Of a stretch of 32,000 nucleotides of DNA, positions 1 to 11,171 are shown piece by piece (positions within the stretch are counted from its first letter, which is position 1; each line of letters begins with the position of its first letter). The notes below the pieces were generated by a model. The model was not told the origin of the DNA, ran no database searches, and was given only the letters and a program-made list of their open reading frames with translations. This stretch comes from Bacillus subtilis subsp. subtilis str. 168 (GTDB lineage Bacteria; Bacillota; Bacilli; Bacillales; Bacillaceae): positions 2,070,001 through 2,102,000 of the forward strand of contig NC_000964.3 in NCBI RefSeq assembly GCF_000009045.1. The letters run 5' to 3'. The position numbers and the translations under genes were made by a program.

Positions 1-128
1 TACCTAGAACCACATCGAGCAAGCCCTTTGATGGGCAACTTTTTGTACAGAGCCGGGGTGTTGGTAGCACCTCGGTCTTTTTTATTTTATGCATTTCTCA
101 TTAAAGAAATGCACTGTAATGTATTGTA
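1..128 (-). ncRNA. Candidate cis-antisense RNA (5' part only, runs off the window), convergent with and complementary to the 3' end of the + strand transcript. Possibly the SR5-type antitoxin RNA of a type I TA locus.
   Basis: On the minus strand there is a perfect extended -10 TGtTATAAT (plus coordinates 135-143). The predicted start is near 128, and the transcript would read through the complement of the 52-84 terminator. No convincing -35 and no ORF. Confidence 0.3.
52..84 (+). terminator. Intrinsic terminator ending a + strand transcript that enters from upstream of the window
   Basis: Stem ccggggtg (53-60) pairs with cacctcgg (68-75), including one G:U pair. The loop is 7 nt and is followed by tctttttta (76-84). 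No ORF is attached within the window. Confidence 0.6.
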
Positions 129-243
129 AAACTGATTATAACACATTTTCCGTGAAATGCATTACAATAAACCTCAAGAGACTTGGAAAGCTTTTTTATT
201 GTTTCTTGTAACGTTATAATGATCTAAAATAGCGCACAAGCCT

Positions 244-1086
244 TTATACATCTTCATCATTTCTTACTCTTCTAGCTCGTCTTTCAACATTCCAATTCCC
301 AATCTTTCCCCAGACATTCTTGTTAGTCCATTTCCCTAGCTTAGTTTTATCAAACCATTCCTGAAACAAAGATATTTCATCTTTCCTTTGCATTGTATCT
401 TTTAAAAGGAAATAATGTATTATCCAAAAGATATAAAGAGCTGAACAAGAAAGTCCAAAAATAAGTTTATTTACCTCTAACCAATTTCCTAAAACTTGTT
501 CGCCTAAATATTTATCATATAGAAGGGGTATAAAAGCAAATGCTGAAGCACCGACAAAAAAAGCTAGAGTTTCTTTAAACCATCTAACAAAAACAAAAAC
601 AGCGCTTAAAATATAATTCGTTCTAAAAAGAACTTTATACCAATTATAATTCTTGTTTAGAGTAACAAATATACTTCTATATTCTTTATTAACTGCTTGA
701 TCTAACATTCTCATTTTATAAAATAATTTTTTCCTATTCTCGCTGTTCTTGTTTAAAATATACTCTCTGAAACAATCTTCTGTATTCAAAATTTGATCTA
801 TCAATAAGATGTTTCTAAGTTTTGATAGCTTCCCCTTTTTCCCACTATATTCTTCGAAAAATTTTTCTATAAGGACCATTTTATGGTTTTCATCTTCTTC
901 ATTCTTTATTTCTTTTAGGGAATAATACATAGGCTCTAAAATTTTTTCTAATGTTTCACCTGATTGAGAGTAGAATCGTTCTATACTTTTTTGTCTTTGA
1001 TTGAATAGCAATGCAACTATACCCGTAATTACTGCAGTAAGAATACCATTTTGTTGTATCCAATTCCAAATATCTAATAACTCCAA
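244..1086 (-). CDS. yobJ: Membrane protein of unknown function, 280 aa, with an N-terminal TM helix, a charged helical middle and 3 C-terminal hydrophobic segments
   Basis: Long ORF with a TTG start at 1086, preceded by AAGGGGAG 8 nt upstream. Very AT-rich, Lys/Asn-rich coding. Position in the recalled yobJ-yobW gene order. Confidence 0.85.
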   Translation of the reverse strand: MELLDIWNWIQQNGILTAVITGIVALLFNQRQKSIERFYSQSGETLEKILEPMYYSLKEIKNEEDENHKMVLIEKFFEEYSGKKGKLSKLRNILLIDQILNTEDCFREYILNKNSENRKKLFYKMRMLDQAVNKEYRSIFVTLNKNYNWYKVLFRTNYILSAVFVFVRWFKETLAFFVGASAFAFIPLLYDKYLGEQVLGNWLEVNKLIFGLSCSALYIFWIIHYFLLKDTMQRKDEISLFQEWFDKTKLGKWTNKNVWGKIGNWNVERRARRVRNDEDV

Positions 1087-1196
1087 TTAAGCTTCTCCCC
1101 TTCTCTCTGAATTTACTTTTAATACGGGCTAAAATAAAAAAGGTTTCATATAAAACGGGACTAGAAAACTTCTGTCACTTTAATTATTTAATCCAA

Positions 1197-1230
1197 TAAA
1201 ATAAGCTCTCATTGCGAGAGCTTATTTTAT
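1197..1230 (-). terminator. Intrinsic terminator after yobK (hairpin symmetric, could work on both strands)
   Basis: aataagctctc / gagagcttatt stem with a short loop. A-run on the plus side and T-run on the minus side. Confidence 0.7.
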
Positions 1231-1285
1231 TTAGATTGAGGATGTGCAACTCAAGCCTTCTATTGCGCTATAGCAATACTTTTGC

Positions 1286-1744
1286 TTAATCGTCCCAGTC
1301 TTCATCCTCATCCCAGTCATCTTTCGCTTCCTGAATCTTATTATAAAAAAATTCAATAAAGCTGTCTGCAACAGTATCTTGATAACCAATTACCCTATCC
1401 CATTCAACTACAGGGCATTCTCCGTCTTTCATTTTATTTGTATCTAGACAGTAAGCAAAGTAATCAACATCTTCAATAACCACAAGTCCATCAGTAAGGC
1501 CATAGTGTTCTTTATATTCATTAGTTCTATTTACAACTGATGCATGATCAAAGTTGTAGCCTAAAACCAAAACGCCGAATAAACCACCAGCACCGTATTT
1601 TTCTAAAAACCATTTATAACTGTTGGGGAGATCGCATTGGAGGTTTTCTTCAATGCGACCAATGTTTTCATGACTTGCACCTTCTGTAAATATAGCATTT
1701 TGTTTATTTTCATTAATAAAGTTCTCAACCTTCGAATAAATCAT
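1286..1744 (-). CDS. yobK: SMI1/KNR4 (SUKH-1) family immunity protein for the YobL toxin, 152 aa, acidic C-tail [11 protein letters not shown]
   Basis: The ORF starts 9 nt after the yobL stop and its GAGGTG RBS overlaps that stop, suggesting translational coupling. The motif [16 protein letters not shown] is typical of SMI1/KNR4 immunity proteins. Confidence 0.9.
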
Positions 1745-1753
1745 ATAAACACC

Positions 1754-3574
<1,821 letters not shown>

Positions 3575-3615
3575 CTACTTCTATGTAAATTTTACCACAG
3601 TAATCTAATTGAATA

Positions 3616-3645
3616 ACAGAAAAAGACAGCCAAAATGACTGTCTT
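3616..3645 (-). terminator. Intrinsic terminator after yobM, separating it from yobL
   Basis: aagacag (3623-3629) pairs with ctgtctt (3639-3645) around a 9-nt loop, with TTTTCTGT following on the minus strand. An extended -10 (TGgTAAAAT) lies between it and the yobL RBS. Confidence 0.55.
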
Positions 3646-3657
3646 ATACATCACACA

Positions 3658-4221
3658 CTATCTTGTTCTATAATAATTTTCTGCGGTATAGTAGCGCCAA
3701 TCCCAAAAAGGTTCCCCATTGGCCAATATATACCGGTCTAAAAATTTTTCAAAGTTTAAATTTAATGGATTATATTCTAAACCACTTTCAAATATATAGA
3801 GATAGTTGGGATCACCTTGGTTCACTTTATCTTTATCGATCATTAAATGGCATTCTTCCAATAAGTAGCCAATTGGAATACCATTGATATCTTCAAACAA
3901 ATCTTCATATTTTAACTCCTCTTCAATCTCTTCAAGGCTAAATAGCTGAAGTCCTCCACCTATATTCTCCCCATCAGAAAGAATCTCAAAAATTTTCGCA
4001 CCGTTATGTAGTGTCATGAACTTCTGATAATCCTGTGGAAGGGTAAGCTGGTGTTTAGCCTCAAAGCTTTGAATGTCATTCAGGGTTGCTTTGTCCTGTG
4101 AAAAAGTAACAAGGAACTCCATGATATCACCTTCTGAACAAAACAATTTAATGGCTCCTTTTTCGTCTAAAAGACTTTTCAAGCCATTTACAGTCTTATG
4201 AACAAAGTTAGTCACATACAT
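3658..4221 (-). CDS. yobM: SMI1/KNR4 (SUKH) family protein, 187 aa; orphan immunity-like gene upstream of the toxin
   Basis: The track ORF (to 4419) was trimmed to the ATG at 4221, which has AAAGGGGTG upstream. The motif [21 protein letters not shown] is the SMI1/KNR4 signature. Confidence 0.85.
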   Translation of the reverse strand: MYVTNFVHKTVNGLKSLLDEKGAIKLFCSEGDIMEFLVTFSQDKATLNDIQSFEAKHQLTLPQDYQKFMTLHNGAKIFEILSDGENIGGGLQLFSLEEIEEELKYEDLFEDINGIPIGYLLEECHLMIDKDKVNQGDPNYLYIFESGLEYNPLNLNFEKFLDRYILANGEPFWDWRYYTAENYYRTR

Positions 4222-4342
4222 CACCCCTTTATTTCCTTTTAACAATAACCTTTCAAATTCCAAAAGATGTGAACAGATCGTGATAGGTGCTCTTTTCAGT
4301 GAATATAATGCAATAAATTCTAAAAAGAGGTGCCTCCAAAAA

Positions 4343-5779
4343 TTGAATTCTCTAATGAATGATGACATGGTAAAGATCATTAGAAATGGCCTTAGCGCAT
4401 CGCAGCATCCAAAGCACATTCTTGTTATAGGAGCTGGATTGTCCGGGCTTGTATCAGCATCTTTGTTGAAAAATGCCGGTCACAGAGTAACGATTCTCGA
4501 AGCGAGCGGCAGAGCGGGCGGCCGTGTCTGCACTTTGAGATCTCCCTTTAGTGATGATTTGTATTTCAACGCTGGCCCGATGCGCATACCGAATAACCAT
4601 TCGTTAACCTTAGAATATATCAAAAAATTCAAATTGCCAACAAATGTATTTATCAACAGAACCCCGATGGACATCATTTATGCAAATGGAATCAAAACAC
4701 GTCTCCAAGTTTTTGAACGAGCTCCTGGAATATTGAGATATCCAGTTGCACCAAATGAACAAGGGAAAACGTCTGAAGAGCTGATGCTTTCTTTACTGCA
4801 GCCTATTCTAAATTTTATCAATCAAAATCCAGCAAGAAATTGGCGGATTGTCGAAGAACAATACAAAAATCATTCGTTAAGCTCTTTTTTAAACACGTAT
4901 TTTTCATATGGCGCGATCGATATGATCGGTGTACTTTTGGATATGGAAGCGTATATGGGGATGTCCCTTGTTGAAGTATTGCGGGAATCTATCTTTTTTT
5001 CATCCCCCGCTCACTTCTATGAGATAACTGGCGGTATGGATCTGCTGCCTCACGCGTTTCTTCCTCAATTAAAAACAAACATTCTATACCATCAAAAAAT
5101 GATGAAAATGTCTCAGGGTGAAAATCGTGTTACGATCCATTGTCAGCATCAACAAACGGCAGAATTCACATCATTCACAGCTGATCTCGCTATTGTAACC
5201 ATTCCTTTTTCAACATTGCGATTTGTAAAAGTCGAACCATACCATTCATTCTCTTACTATAAACGGAGGGCCATCCGTGAGCTAAACTATATCAGTGCAA
5301 CAAAAATCGGCATAGAGTTTAAAAGCCGATTTTGGGAAAAAGCCGGTCAGCACGGCGGCAAATCTATTACTGATCTTCCGATTCGTTTTTCATATTATCC
5401 AAGCAGAAATATTGGAGCAAATGGACATGCTGTCATTCTGGCCAGCTATACATGGGCCGATGAGGCACTGATATGGGACAGTCTTTCAGAAGGAGAGCGA
5501 ATCCAGTATACTTTACTGAATTTATCTGAAATCTATGGTGATATTGTGTGGTCTGAATTTGTGTCTGGCACTTCTTTTAGCTGGAGCCAGTACCCGTATT
5601 CTGCGGGAGGTTTTACAGCTTTCGAACCAGGACAAGAATTAGAGCTGTATCCCTATATTCCTGTCCCTGAGGGCAGAGTTCATTTCGCCGGAGAACACGC
5701 CTCACTCACTCATGCGTGGATGCAAGGCGCGATTGAATCTGGAATACGTGTTGCTTATGAGGTCAATCGCTTACCTTAG
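4343..5779 (+). CDS. yobN: Flavin-containing amine oxidase / putative L-amino-acid oxidase, 478 aa
   Basis: Dinucleotide-binding motif VIGAGLSGL...[11 protein letters not shown] and C-terminal FAGEH motif. The start is taken as TTG 4343, 10 nt after AAAGAGGTG. The GTG at 4280 in the track has no RBS. Confidence 0.85.
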   Translation: MNSLMNDDMVKIIRNGLSASQHPKHILVIGAGLSGLVSASLLKNAGHRVTILEASGRAGGRVCTLRSPFSDDLYFNAGPMRIPNNHSLTLEYIKKFKLPTNVFINRTPMDIIYANGIKTRLQVFERAPGILRYPVAPNEQGKTSEELMLSLLQPILNFINQNPARNWRIVEEQYKNHSLSSFLNTYFSYGAIDMIGVLLDMEAYMGMSLVEVLRESIFFSSPAHFYEITGGMDLLPHAFLPQLKTNILYHQKMMKMSQGENRVTIHCQHQQTAEFTSFTADLAIVTIPFSTLRFVKVEPYHSFSYYKRRAIRELNYISATKIGIEFKSRFWEKAGQHGGKSITDLPIRFSYYPSRNIGANGHAVILASYTWADEALIWDSLSEGERIQYTLLNLSEIYGDIVWSEFVSGTSFSWSQYPYSAGGFTAFEPGQELELYPYIPVPEGRVHFAGEHASLTHAWMQGAIESGIRVAYEVNRLP

Positions 5780-6205
5780 ATCATGCTCACATCTTGTTAA
5801 AACTGGTTGATATAAAAAGAAGTGAAGAATTTATACTCCTTTGTTTAAAAGATTAATTCAAATATGGGATGTCTCAACATTCGGTTCTTTATTATCTTTA
5901 TACACGTTTTGAATGCGGACCTCCCTTTTCTTCCATAATCATTAATAAATACCCAACCATAGGAAACGTTTTAATTAACCATCGGGCGAACTTTCTTTCA
6001 CTGTATAACGATTCTTAATGTTGCTTTTTATCCTTTACTTGTCCTCTCTTTTTTTCATTGACTTACATTTCTTGAAAACCAGTATAAATCCTAAAGGAAT
6101 TTTGTAACAAATACAGAATTGGAAAGAGAAGCGCCAAAAGAAATGCTAACTCCTTATCTCAAAGACAAAACTGCGCTTATATTAAAAGAAAGAGGTGTCT
6201 TTAGA

Positions 6206-8626
6206 ATGGTTCATTTTAAAAACTGCCCTGATCCTTCTCTAAACGCCAATTCTCAGTCTCACCCCGAATTTTCATCCGAATTAGAACATATTAAGACAAG
6301 AATGCAAAACTTTATTAAGCACTCGGTTACAGACCAAAATATCGAAGTTACTGACGCAAGGGTGACGGCCGAAGGAGAGGTCACCTCTCTTTTAAAAGAA
6401 CGTCTCGACAAGGAATATTATAGGCTTTTATCTAAAATCACCCGGGAAGTAAATGTGGCTGACTTCGGCGCTGTTCCAGATGGAAGAGACAATACTGAAG
6501 CTTTTCGAAAAGCAATCGGGAATGGCCGAGTCAAAGTACATGTTCCAGCGGGAGAATACCTCGTTCAAGGGATTAAACTTCCATCTTGGACAACAATTGT
6601 TGGACAAGGTAAAGGGATCACAGTGATTAAATTGCATGAAGACACTCCAGCGCATGAATGGGTGATTACAAATGATGATTATCAAAATGGAAATCGCAAT
6701 ATTTTTGTCCAAGGAATGTCATTAGACTGGAATCCAAGTAGACAATGCGGTGTGAGAAATCCAGGGGGACAGTTCTCCAGTTGTTTAACTTTTGCTAAGG
6801 TTGAATATGGGTGGATCAAAGATGTGGAAGCGATTAACGCAGGTCTTCATGGTATTGATATTACATCGCCAACGTATGACCATTTGCCTGATACCGATTG
6901 GACAAAAGACGGATCAAGATATATTTGGATCGATAACTGTGTGACATATGGTTCAGGAGACGACGGCATTACCACCCATTATAGCGAATACATCTTTATT
7001 TCAAACTGCCATTCAGGAAATCCGCGGGGAACAGAATTTGCTGAAGGTGTTTCAAACTCCAACGGAATAGAAATTGACGACGGCTCTAGGCATGTGTGGC
7101 TTTTGAATAACTTTACAAGCGGCAACATCCGCGGAGTTGAAGTAAAAGCCCATGAACTGTGGCCAGCCTCTCAAAACGTCCATATCATAGGCCATATTTC
7201 TTATCGCGATGTTCGTGCATTTGATCTTCGTCATATTGGTCACCATCAAATTACAGATCCTGAAAGCACAACAGCATACGATGTCACACTCATTGATTGT
7301 TCAGCAGTTGAACCAGTTTTCAACTCGCTTTACGATGCTGTGACCCCAAGAGCGCTGGTTATTTCGGCATATAAAAACGTTAATGTAAGCGGATTCACAG
7401 CGATTGGTGATCCAGACTATGATTATAAAGAAAACCCTGTCGTAGCCTTGCAATATCGCAGCCAAAATATAACCATTAATGGTATTAAAATTCGCGGTTT
7501 TAAAAAAGCCGGTGTTGATATTAATTTATCAGGCGGATCAAATAAAACTGATTATATTAAAATTTCAAATTTTGATATTTATAAATCTGCTCCAAAAGGA
7601 ATTTCAATCGGTGGAGGCCTCTACAATGTCAATATTCTAAATGGAACGATGATTACTGACAATGGGACAGTTGCAATTCAGTCCCCCAATAATCAGGCCA
7701 CAATTCTCGGTGTACAATCAGAAGGTTATAGTGTGGCAGCCTCAATCAAAGGCCAAACATACCAACAAGTTCCAATCAATTTGAAAGGAGGCATACAGCT
7801 TGCAACGACCTCTGGCTTTGCCGTTAACCAAACAAGCGCAGTTATAGCAGGTACCGGCGACATTACGGCCCGCGGAGAAAGAAATGCGGTCATTAGCTCT
7901 TCTGGAGGCTCCAGTACTGAAGGCTCTCGCGCATTAATCGCTTCTTCAAATAACGCACATATTAGAGGAAACCAAGCGTCAAGAACAATACTGTCTTCTG
8001 AAAATATTATACTTGAGGAACCATACACCGTGGCAGGAGGTCATCAATCAATAAAGTGGCTTCTTGACTCTGTTCGGGGAAACGGGACGTTTGCCGGTGC
8101 AATCAGTTCTTCTTTAGGTGGATATGGAGAGTATTTTGAGAGTTCAACTGGACAGTTAATCCATACTGGTACAATCGTGACTTTAAGAGGTGAAAAAATT
8201 GTGCCCGCGAATGTTGGAGATTATATGCTTGGCGTTATTTCAGAAACTTCAGCTTTCATTTCAGGAGCCTCCAGTTTCGTCTGGCAGGGCCGTTATTTGA
8301 CAAATGAGTTCGGCGGATTTATTTATGAAACGGTGACTGATGAGGAAAGCGGTGAACTCATACGTGTTCCCAAACAAAATCCAGACTACGATACAGCGCT
8401 GGAGGCAAATTATCATTCACGGGCAGCAAGAGACGAATGGCACGTTGTAGGGTTGGTTGGCCAACATTATGTGCGTATTGACGAAACTGTCAATCAAGGA
8501 GATTATCTTACGGCACATAATGGAATAGGAACAAAAGCCACTGAAGGAAGCTGGAAAGTAATGAAAATAACCTCTGCTTACACATCAGAAAAAGGGTATG
8601 GTATCGCTCTAACCGTCATCAAATAG
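6206..8626 (+). CDS. yobO: Phage phi29 gp12-like pre-neck appendage (tailspike) protein, 806 aa: right-handed beta-helix / pectin-lyase fold plus a C-terminal intramolecular-chaperone, self-cleaving (peptidase G2-type) domain
   Basis: The ATG at 6206 lies 8 nt after AAAGAGGTG. The N-terminus VADFGAVPDGRDNTEAFRKAI is typical of beta-helix depolymerases. Repetitive G/N/I-rich beta-helix body and a conserved C-terminal domain. Confidence 0.9.
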   Translation: MVHFKNCPDPSLNANSQSHPEFSSELEHIKTRMQNFIKHSVTDQNIEVTDARVTAEGEVTSLLKERLDKEYYRLLSKITREVNVADFGAVPDGRDNTEAFRKAIGNGRVKVHVPAGEYLVQGIKLPSWTTIVGQGKGITVIKLHEDTPAHEWVITNDDYQNGNRNIFVQGMSLDWNPSRQCGVRNPGGQFSSCLTFAKVEYGWIKDVEAINAGLHGIDITSPTYDHLPDTDWTKDGSRYIWIDNCVTYGSGDDGITTHYSEYIFISNCHSGNPRGTEFAEGVSNSNGIEIDDGSRHVWLLNNFTSGNIRGVEVKAHELWPASQNVHIIGHISYRDVRAFDLRHIGHHQITDPESTTAYDVTLIDCSAVEPVFNSLYDAVTPRALVISAYKNVNVSGFTAIGDPDYDYKENPVVALQYRSQNITINGIKIRGFKKAGVDINLSGGSNKTDYIKISNFDIYKSAPKGISIGGGLYNVNILNGTMITDNGTVAIQSPNNQATILGVQSEGYSVAASIKGQTYQQVPINLKGGIQLATTSGFAVNQTSAVIAGTGDITARGERNAVISSSGGSSTEGSRALIASSNNAHIRGNQASRTILSSENIILEEPYTVAGGHQSIKWLLDSVRGNGTFAGAISSSLGGYGEYFESSTGQLIHTGTIVTLRGEKIVPANVGDYMLGVISETSAFISGASSFVWQGRYLTNEFGGFIYETVTDEESGELIRVPKQNPDYDTALEANYHSRAARDEWHVVGLVGQHYVRIDETVNQGDYLTAHNGIGTKATEGSWKVMKITSAYTSEKGYGIALTVIK

Positions 8627-9059
8627 TGGATACGCCGACCAGTTCAATATATGTTTATCCAAATAATTAGATCTCTTTTCTAGGTTCTTTATTCCTTGTA
8701 TGTTATTATCAATTTTCAATATCTACCAAAATACCCCTAATATACTATCGTAATTAACTTATATTATAATCAAAAAAATTTTGACAGCTGTTCCTTCTCG
8801 TTATTCATGAAAGTTGCTATTGAAATGAGTAAATGGATATCATATTAGACTTCTATAGCAAATACACCATATATATCCTTTAAGTATTTACAAATTGAAA
8901 ATGTTTCATGAGGCTTATTAAAAGTATTGTTCTTTTATCATCTGTAAGTCGATACAAACTGCATTAAGATCACACCTAAATCTCACTGAGTTTTTTCTTA
9001 CAAATAAAATGAAAACCCTTTCCATTCTAAATTCATTTCACCGTTACTAAAAGTAATCC

Positions 9060-9088
9060 TTGCATTCCTTCGCCCTCCATGCTATATT
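9060..9088 (+). promoter_or_regulatory. SigA-type promoter TTGCAT-17 nt-TATATT with no downstream ORF
   Basis: The -35 is at 9060-9065 and the -10 at 9083-9088, with an exact 17-nt spacer. Confidence 0.4.
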
Positions 9089-9094
9089 CATATA

Positions 9095-9210
9095 GCGATG
9101 AGCTGAATTGTGTAAGCCGATGTACATGCCTTTACGGCACACACGAATGTGGCGTGTGGTGCATCGCCTCAATACGCAAAGACGTTTGCCTTAGGCAAAC
9201 GTCTTTTTTT
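9095..9210 (+). ncRNA. Candidate ~115-nt small RNA bounded by the promoter above and the shared csaA terminator
   Basis: Promoter and strong terminator lie ~115 nt apart. Internal hairpin cacacg-aatgtgg-cgtgtg. The only ORF is 24 codons without an RBS. csaA is convergent, so this is not a leader. Confidence 0.4.
9178..9210. terminator. Bidirectional intrinsic terminator (csaA on the minus strand, candidate sRNA on the plus strand)
   Basis: A 13-bp perfect stem, aaagacgtttgcc / ggcaaacgtcttt, with a 3-nt loop. A-run on the 5' side and T-run on the 3' side. Confidence 0.85.
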
Positions 9211-9213
9211 GCG

Positions 9214-9546
9214 TTATCCGATTTTTGTGCCGTTTGGGACAGGCTGATCCGGCTGCAAAAGGACGACGTCGCCCTGGCCGGGTATGCCGCCGAGGACCAA
9301 GACTTCCGATTTAAATCCGGCGATCCGGCGGGGCGGAAAGTTCACGACTGCTATGACTTGCTTGTTGATGAGACCTTCCGGCTTGTAACGCTTCGTGATT
9401 TGTGCGCTCGATTGTTTTATGCCGATTTCAGTCCCAAAATCTATCACAAGCTTGATTGCCGGTACTCTTGCTTCAGGAAATTCTTCCGCTTTTACAATTG
9501 TTCCCGTTCTGATATCCAATTTCTCAAAGTCATCAATAACTGCCAT
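9214..9546 (-). CDS. csaA: CsaA export-related chaperone with tRNA-binding (Trbp111-like OB) domain, 110 aa
   Basis: The start was trimmed to the ATG at 9546, which has a GGAG RBS. The sequence [33 protein letters not shown] is characteristic. Confidence 0.9.
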
Positions 9547-9610
9547 ATCAATAACTCCTTTTTCTCCTATTGTAAAGGAGATATACAATATTCTTTTAAC
9601 TAAAGAGCCA

Positions 9611-10330
9611 TCATTTTTTATCCGAATATAAGGTGTTTCGATACAGGCGGGGCGGCATTCCTGTGCTTTTCGTGAACCATCTTGTAAAAGAAGAAAGGTT
9701 TTGAAAGCCCAGCGCCTCGCTCACGACGGTAAGAGTTTCATTTCTCTCCATCAGCATTCTTTTTGCTTCCTCAAGGCGAAGGTCGGCAATATAGTTCTGC
9801 GGGGACTTCCCTGTCTGTTTTTTGAACCAGCTTGAATAGTAAGCTGGGTGATAATGCTCGATTTCTGCCAGCTTCTTAATCGTCAGCCGCTCAAATAAAT
9901 GGCTGTGAATGTATGCAATTGAGGCATAGCTATGGGATTGAAGCTTTTCTTTTATGTATTGTACTAGCATATGAAGCGAGTTGGCTGTTCCGGCCTTTGC
10001 TTCCTCTGTCAGCAAGTACCTGATCGAAGACCAGAAAGGATCGAGGGCAGCTTCAATTCCTGATCCTGCACGATACTCATCAATTTTCATTGCATGAAGC
10101 GGAACATCCAGTACAAGACATTCATTTCTTCCGATAGAACGGAAGCGATGCTCGCACTGCGGCGGAATATATAAAAAATGATCCGGATTTAATTTCACCT
10201 GGCGCCCCTCAGTCTCAAGATCAATACTCCCTTCAAGCGGAAAAAGAAATTGGCTGTACGCGTGCTTATGTGAATGATATAGCCGTGTGTATGTCCGTTT
10301 TTCGCAAATTATCTCTTGAAGCGAGTCCAT
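9611..10330 (-). CDS. yobQ: AraC/XylS-family transcription regulator with N-terminal cupin-type sensor domain
   Basis: C-terminal double HTH ([16 protein letters not shown] ... [16 protein letters not shown]). The preferred start is ATG 10330, after AAGGAAGGGG. Alternatives are TTG 10336 and ATG 10354, the latter forming an ATGA overlap with the yobR stop. Confidence 0.85.
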   Translation of the reverse strand: MDSLQEIICEKRTYTRLYHSHKHAYSQFLFPLEGSIDLETEGRQVKLNPDHFLYIPPQCEHRFRSIGRNECLVLDVPLHAMKIDEYRAGSGIEAALDPFWSSIRYLLTEEAKAGTANSLHMLVQYIKEKLQSHSYASIAYIHSHLFERLTIKKLAEIEHYHPAYYSSWFKKQTGKSPQNYIADLRLEEAKRMLMERNETLTVVSEALGFQNLSSFTRWFTKSTGMPPRLYRNTLYSDKK

Positions 10331-10350
10331 TAGCAAACCCCTTCCTTTGG

Positions 10351-11094
10351 TCATCTTTTAATCCGGTAATGGTGTTCCGATATAGGCGAAAAGCCGATTT
10401 TTCCATATAAAGAAACTGCCGCCAGATTTTCTTTCATCACTTGTAAAAACATGCGTTCCGCTCCGTTGTTTTTTGCCCATTCAGTCAACACCCTGATCAC
10501 TTGGGTTCCTGCCCCTTTTCCTCTGTGCTCCTCAGCTACAACGATATTACTAAGTCCGCCATAACCATCAATGACAGAAACCGTGCCAAGCGCTGTCAGG
10601 CTTTCTTTGTCATACATCTTGAAAAAAGTTTTACACGGCGGCATGCGTTCGAATATGTGTTTGTAACCTTTGTGACGCTCGGGTGAAAACCCTTCTAATT
10701 GAATAAATTCATCTATCCAAACAGATGATGGCTCTTGTTCCCACTTGTATGTAAATCGGCTGTTGTCATTTGTTCGGCTCATAATTGACCGGCACAACGC
10801 TGTCATCTGGAAGCACTCGTCTACCTTTTCATAACGGCTGTCTGCCAATGCGTCATCAAGCCCTTTCGGTGATGCGTTGCTAATATGAAAACAAACAGGT
10901 AAGCCTAAACTTTGATAAAAAAGTTCGGCCTCTAGCTGAAAATCCCCTTCAGGCATATCCGCAGACGTCCATACGCTATTTGCCCTTTTGGTTACGCCAA
11001 AATTCGCTCTGAGAAGCCATTTCCCTATGCTTTTTTGAAAATAAGCCGGCCATGAAGCTGCCGCTAATCGTTCAATCTTGCGAATGTCATCCAT
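10351..11094 (-). CDS. yobR: GNAT-family N-acetyltransferase, 247 aa
   Basis: Motif A EEHRGKGAGTQVI and motif B AVSLYGKIGF. The start was trimmed to ATG 11094, 9 nt after GGGGAGAGG. Confidence 0.85.
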   Translation of the reverse strand: MDDIRKIERLAAASWPAYFQKSIGKWLLRANFGVTKRANSVWTSADMPEGDFQLEAELFYQSLGLPVCFHISNASPKGLDDALADSRYEKVDECFQMTALCRSIMSRTNDNSRFTYKWEQEPSSVWIDEFIQLEGFSPERHKGYKHIFERMPPCKTFFKMYDKESLTALGTVSVIDGYGGLSNIVVAEEHRGKGAGTQVIRVLTEWAKNNGAERMFLQVMKENLAAVSLYGKIGFSPISEHHYRIKR

Positions 11095-11171
11095 TGCATA
11101 ATGCCTCTCCCCTATGTATACTCCCTTGATATTATACAATATTCAGAAATATAAGACATCCATTTATTTGT

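Noticed and set aside
3658-4419. 5'-extended versions of track ORFs (yobM to 4419, yobN from 4280, yobO from 6119, csaA to 9588, yobR to 11139, yobU to 13046, yobV to 14047, czrA to 15118, yocB to 17582, yocC from 17612, yocD from 18242, desR from 21696, yocH to 23819, yocK to 27755, yozN from 28853, yocN from 29007, yozO to 29832)
   Set aside because: In each case an internal start codon 4-10 nt downstream of a strong GGAGG-like RBS exists. The extension lacks an RBS and/or overlaps neighbouring genes, promoters or terminators. Exact starts remain predictions.
5780-6205. 426-nt yobN-yobO spacer as a riboswitch or small-protein locus
   Set aside because: I found only very short ORFs (6-24 codons) without RBSs and no convincing conserved-looking structure or terminator/antiterminator pair. 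It is left as an unexplained leader and mentioned under the yobO finding.
9119-9193. 24-codon ORF (MYMPLRHTRMWRVVHRLNTQRRLP) inside the candidate sRNA
   Set aside because: No Shine-Dalgarno upstream. Its stop lies in the loop of the terminator hairpin, so the ORF covers one arm of the stem. It is more likely non-coding.
9079-9603. 174-aa + strand ORF (and the 78-aa ORF 9395-9631) across the csaA locus
   Set aside because: It is entirely antisense to csaA, which has a clear RBS and a recognisable product. It has no RBS, is Cys/Arg/Phe-rich and runs straight through the strong bidirectional terminator at 9178-9210.
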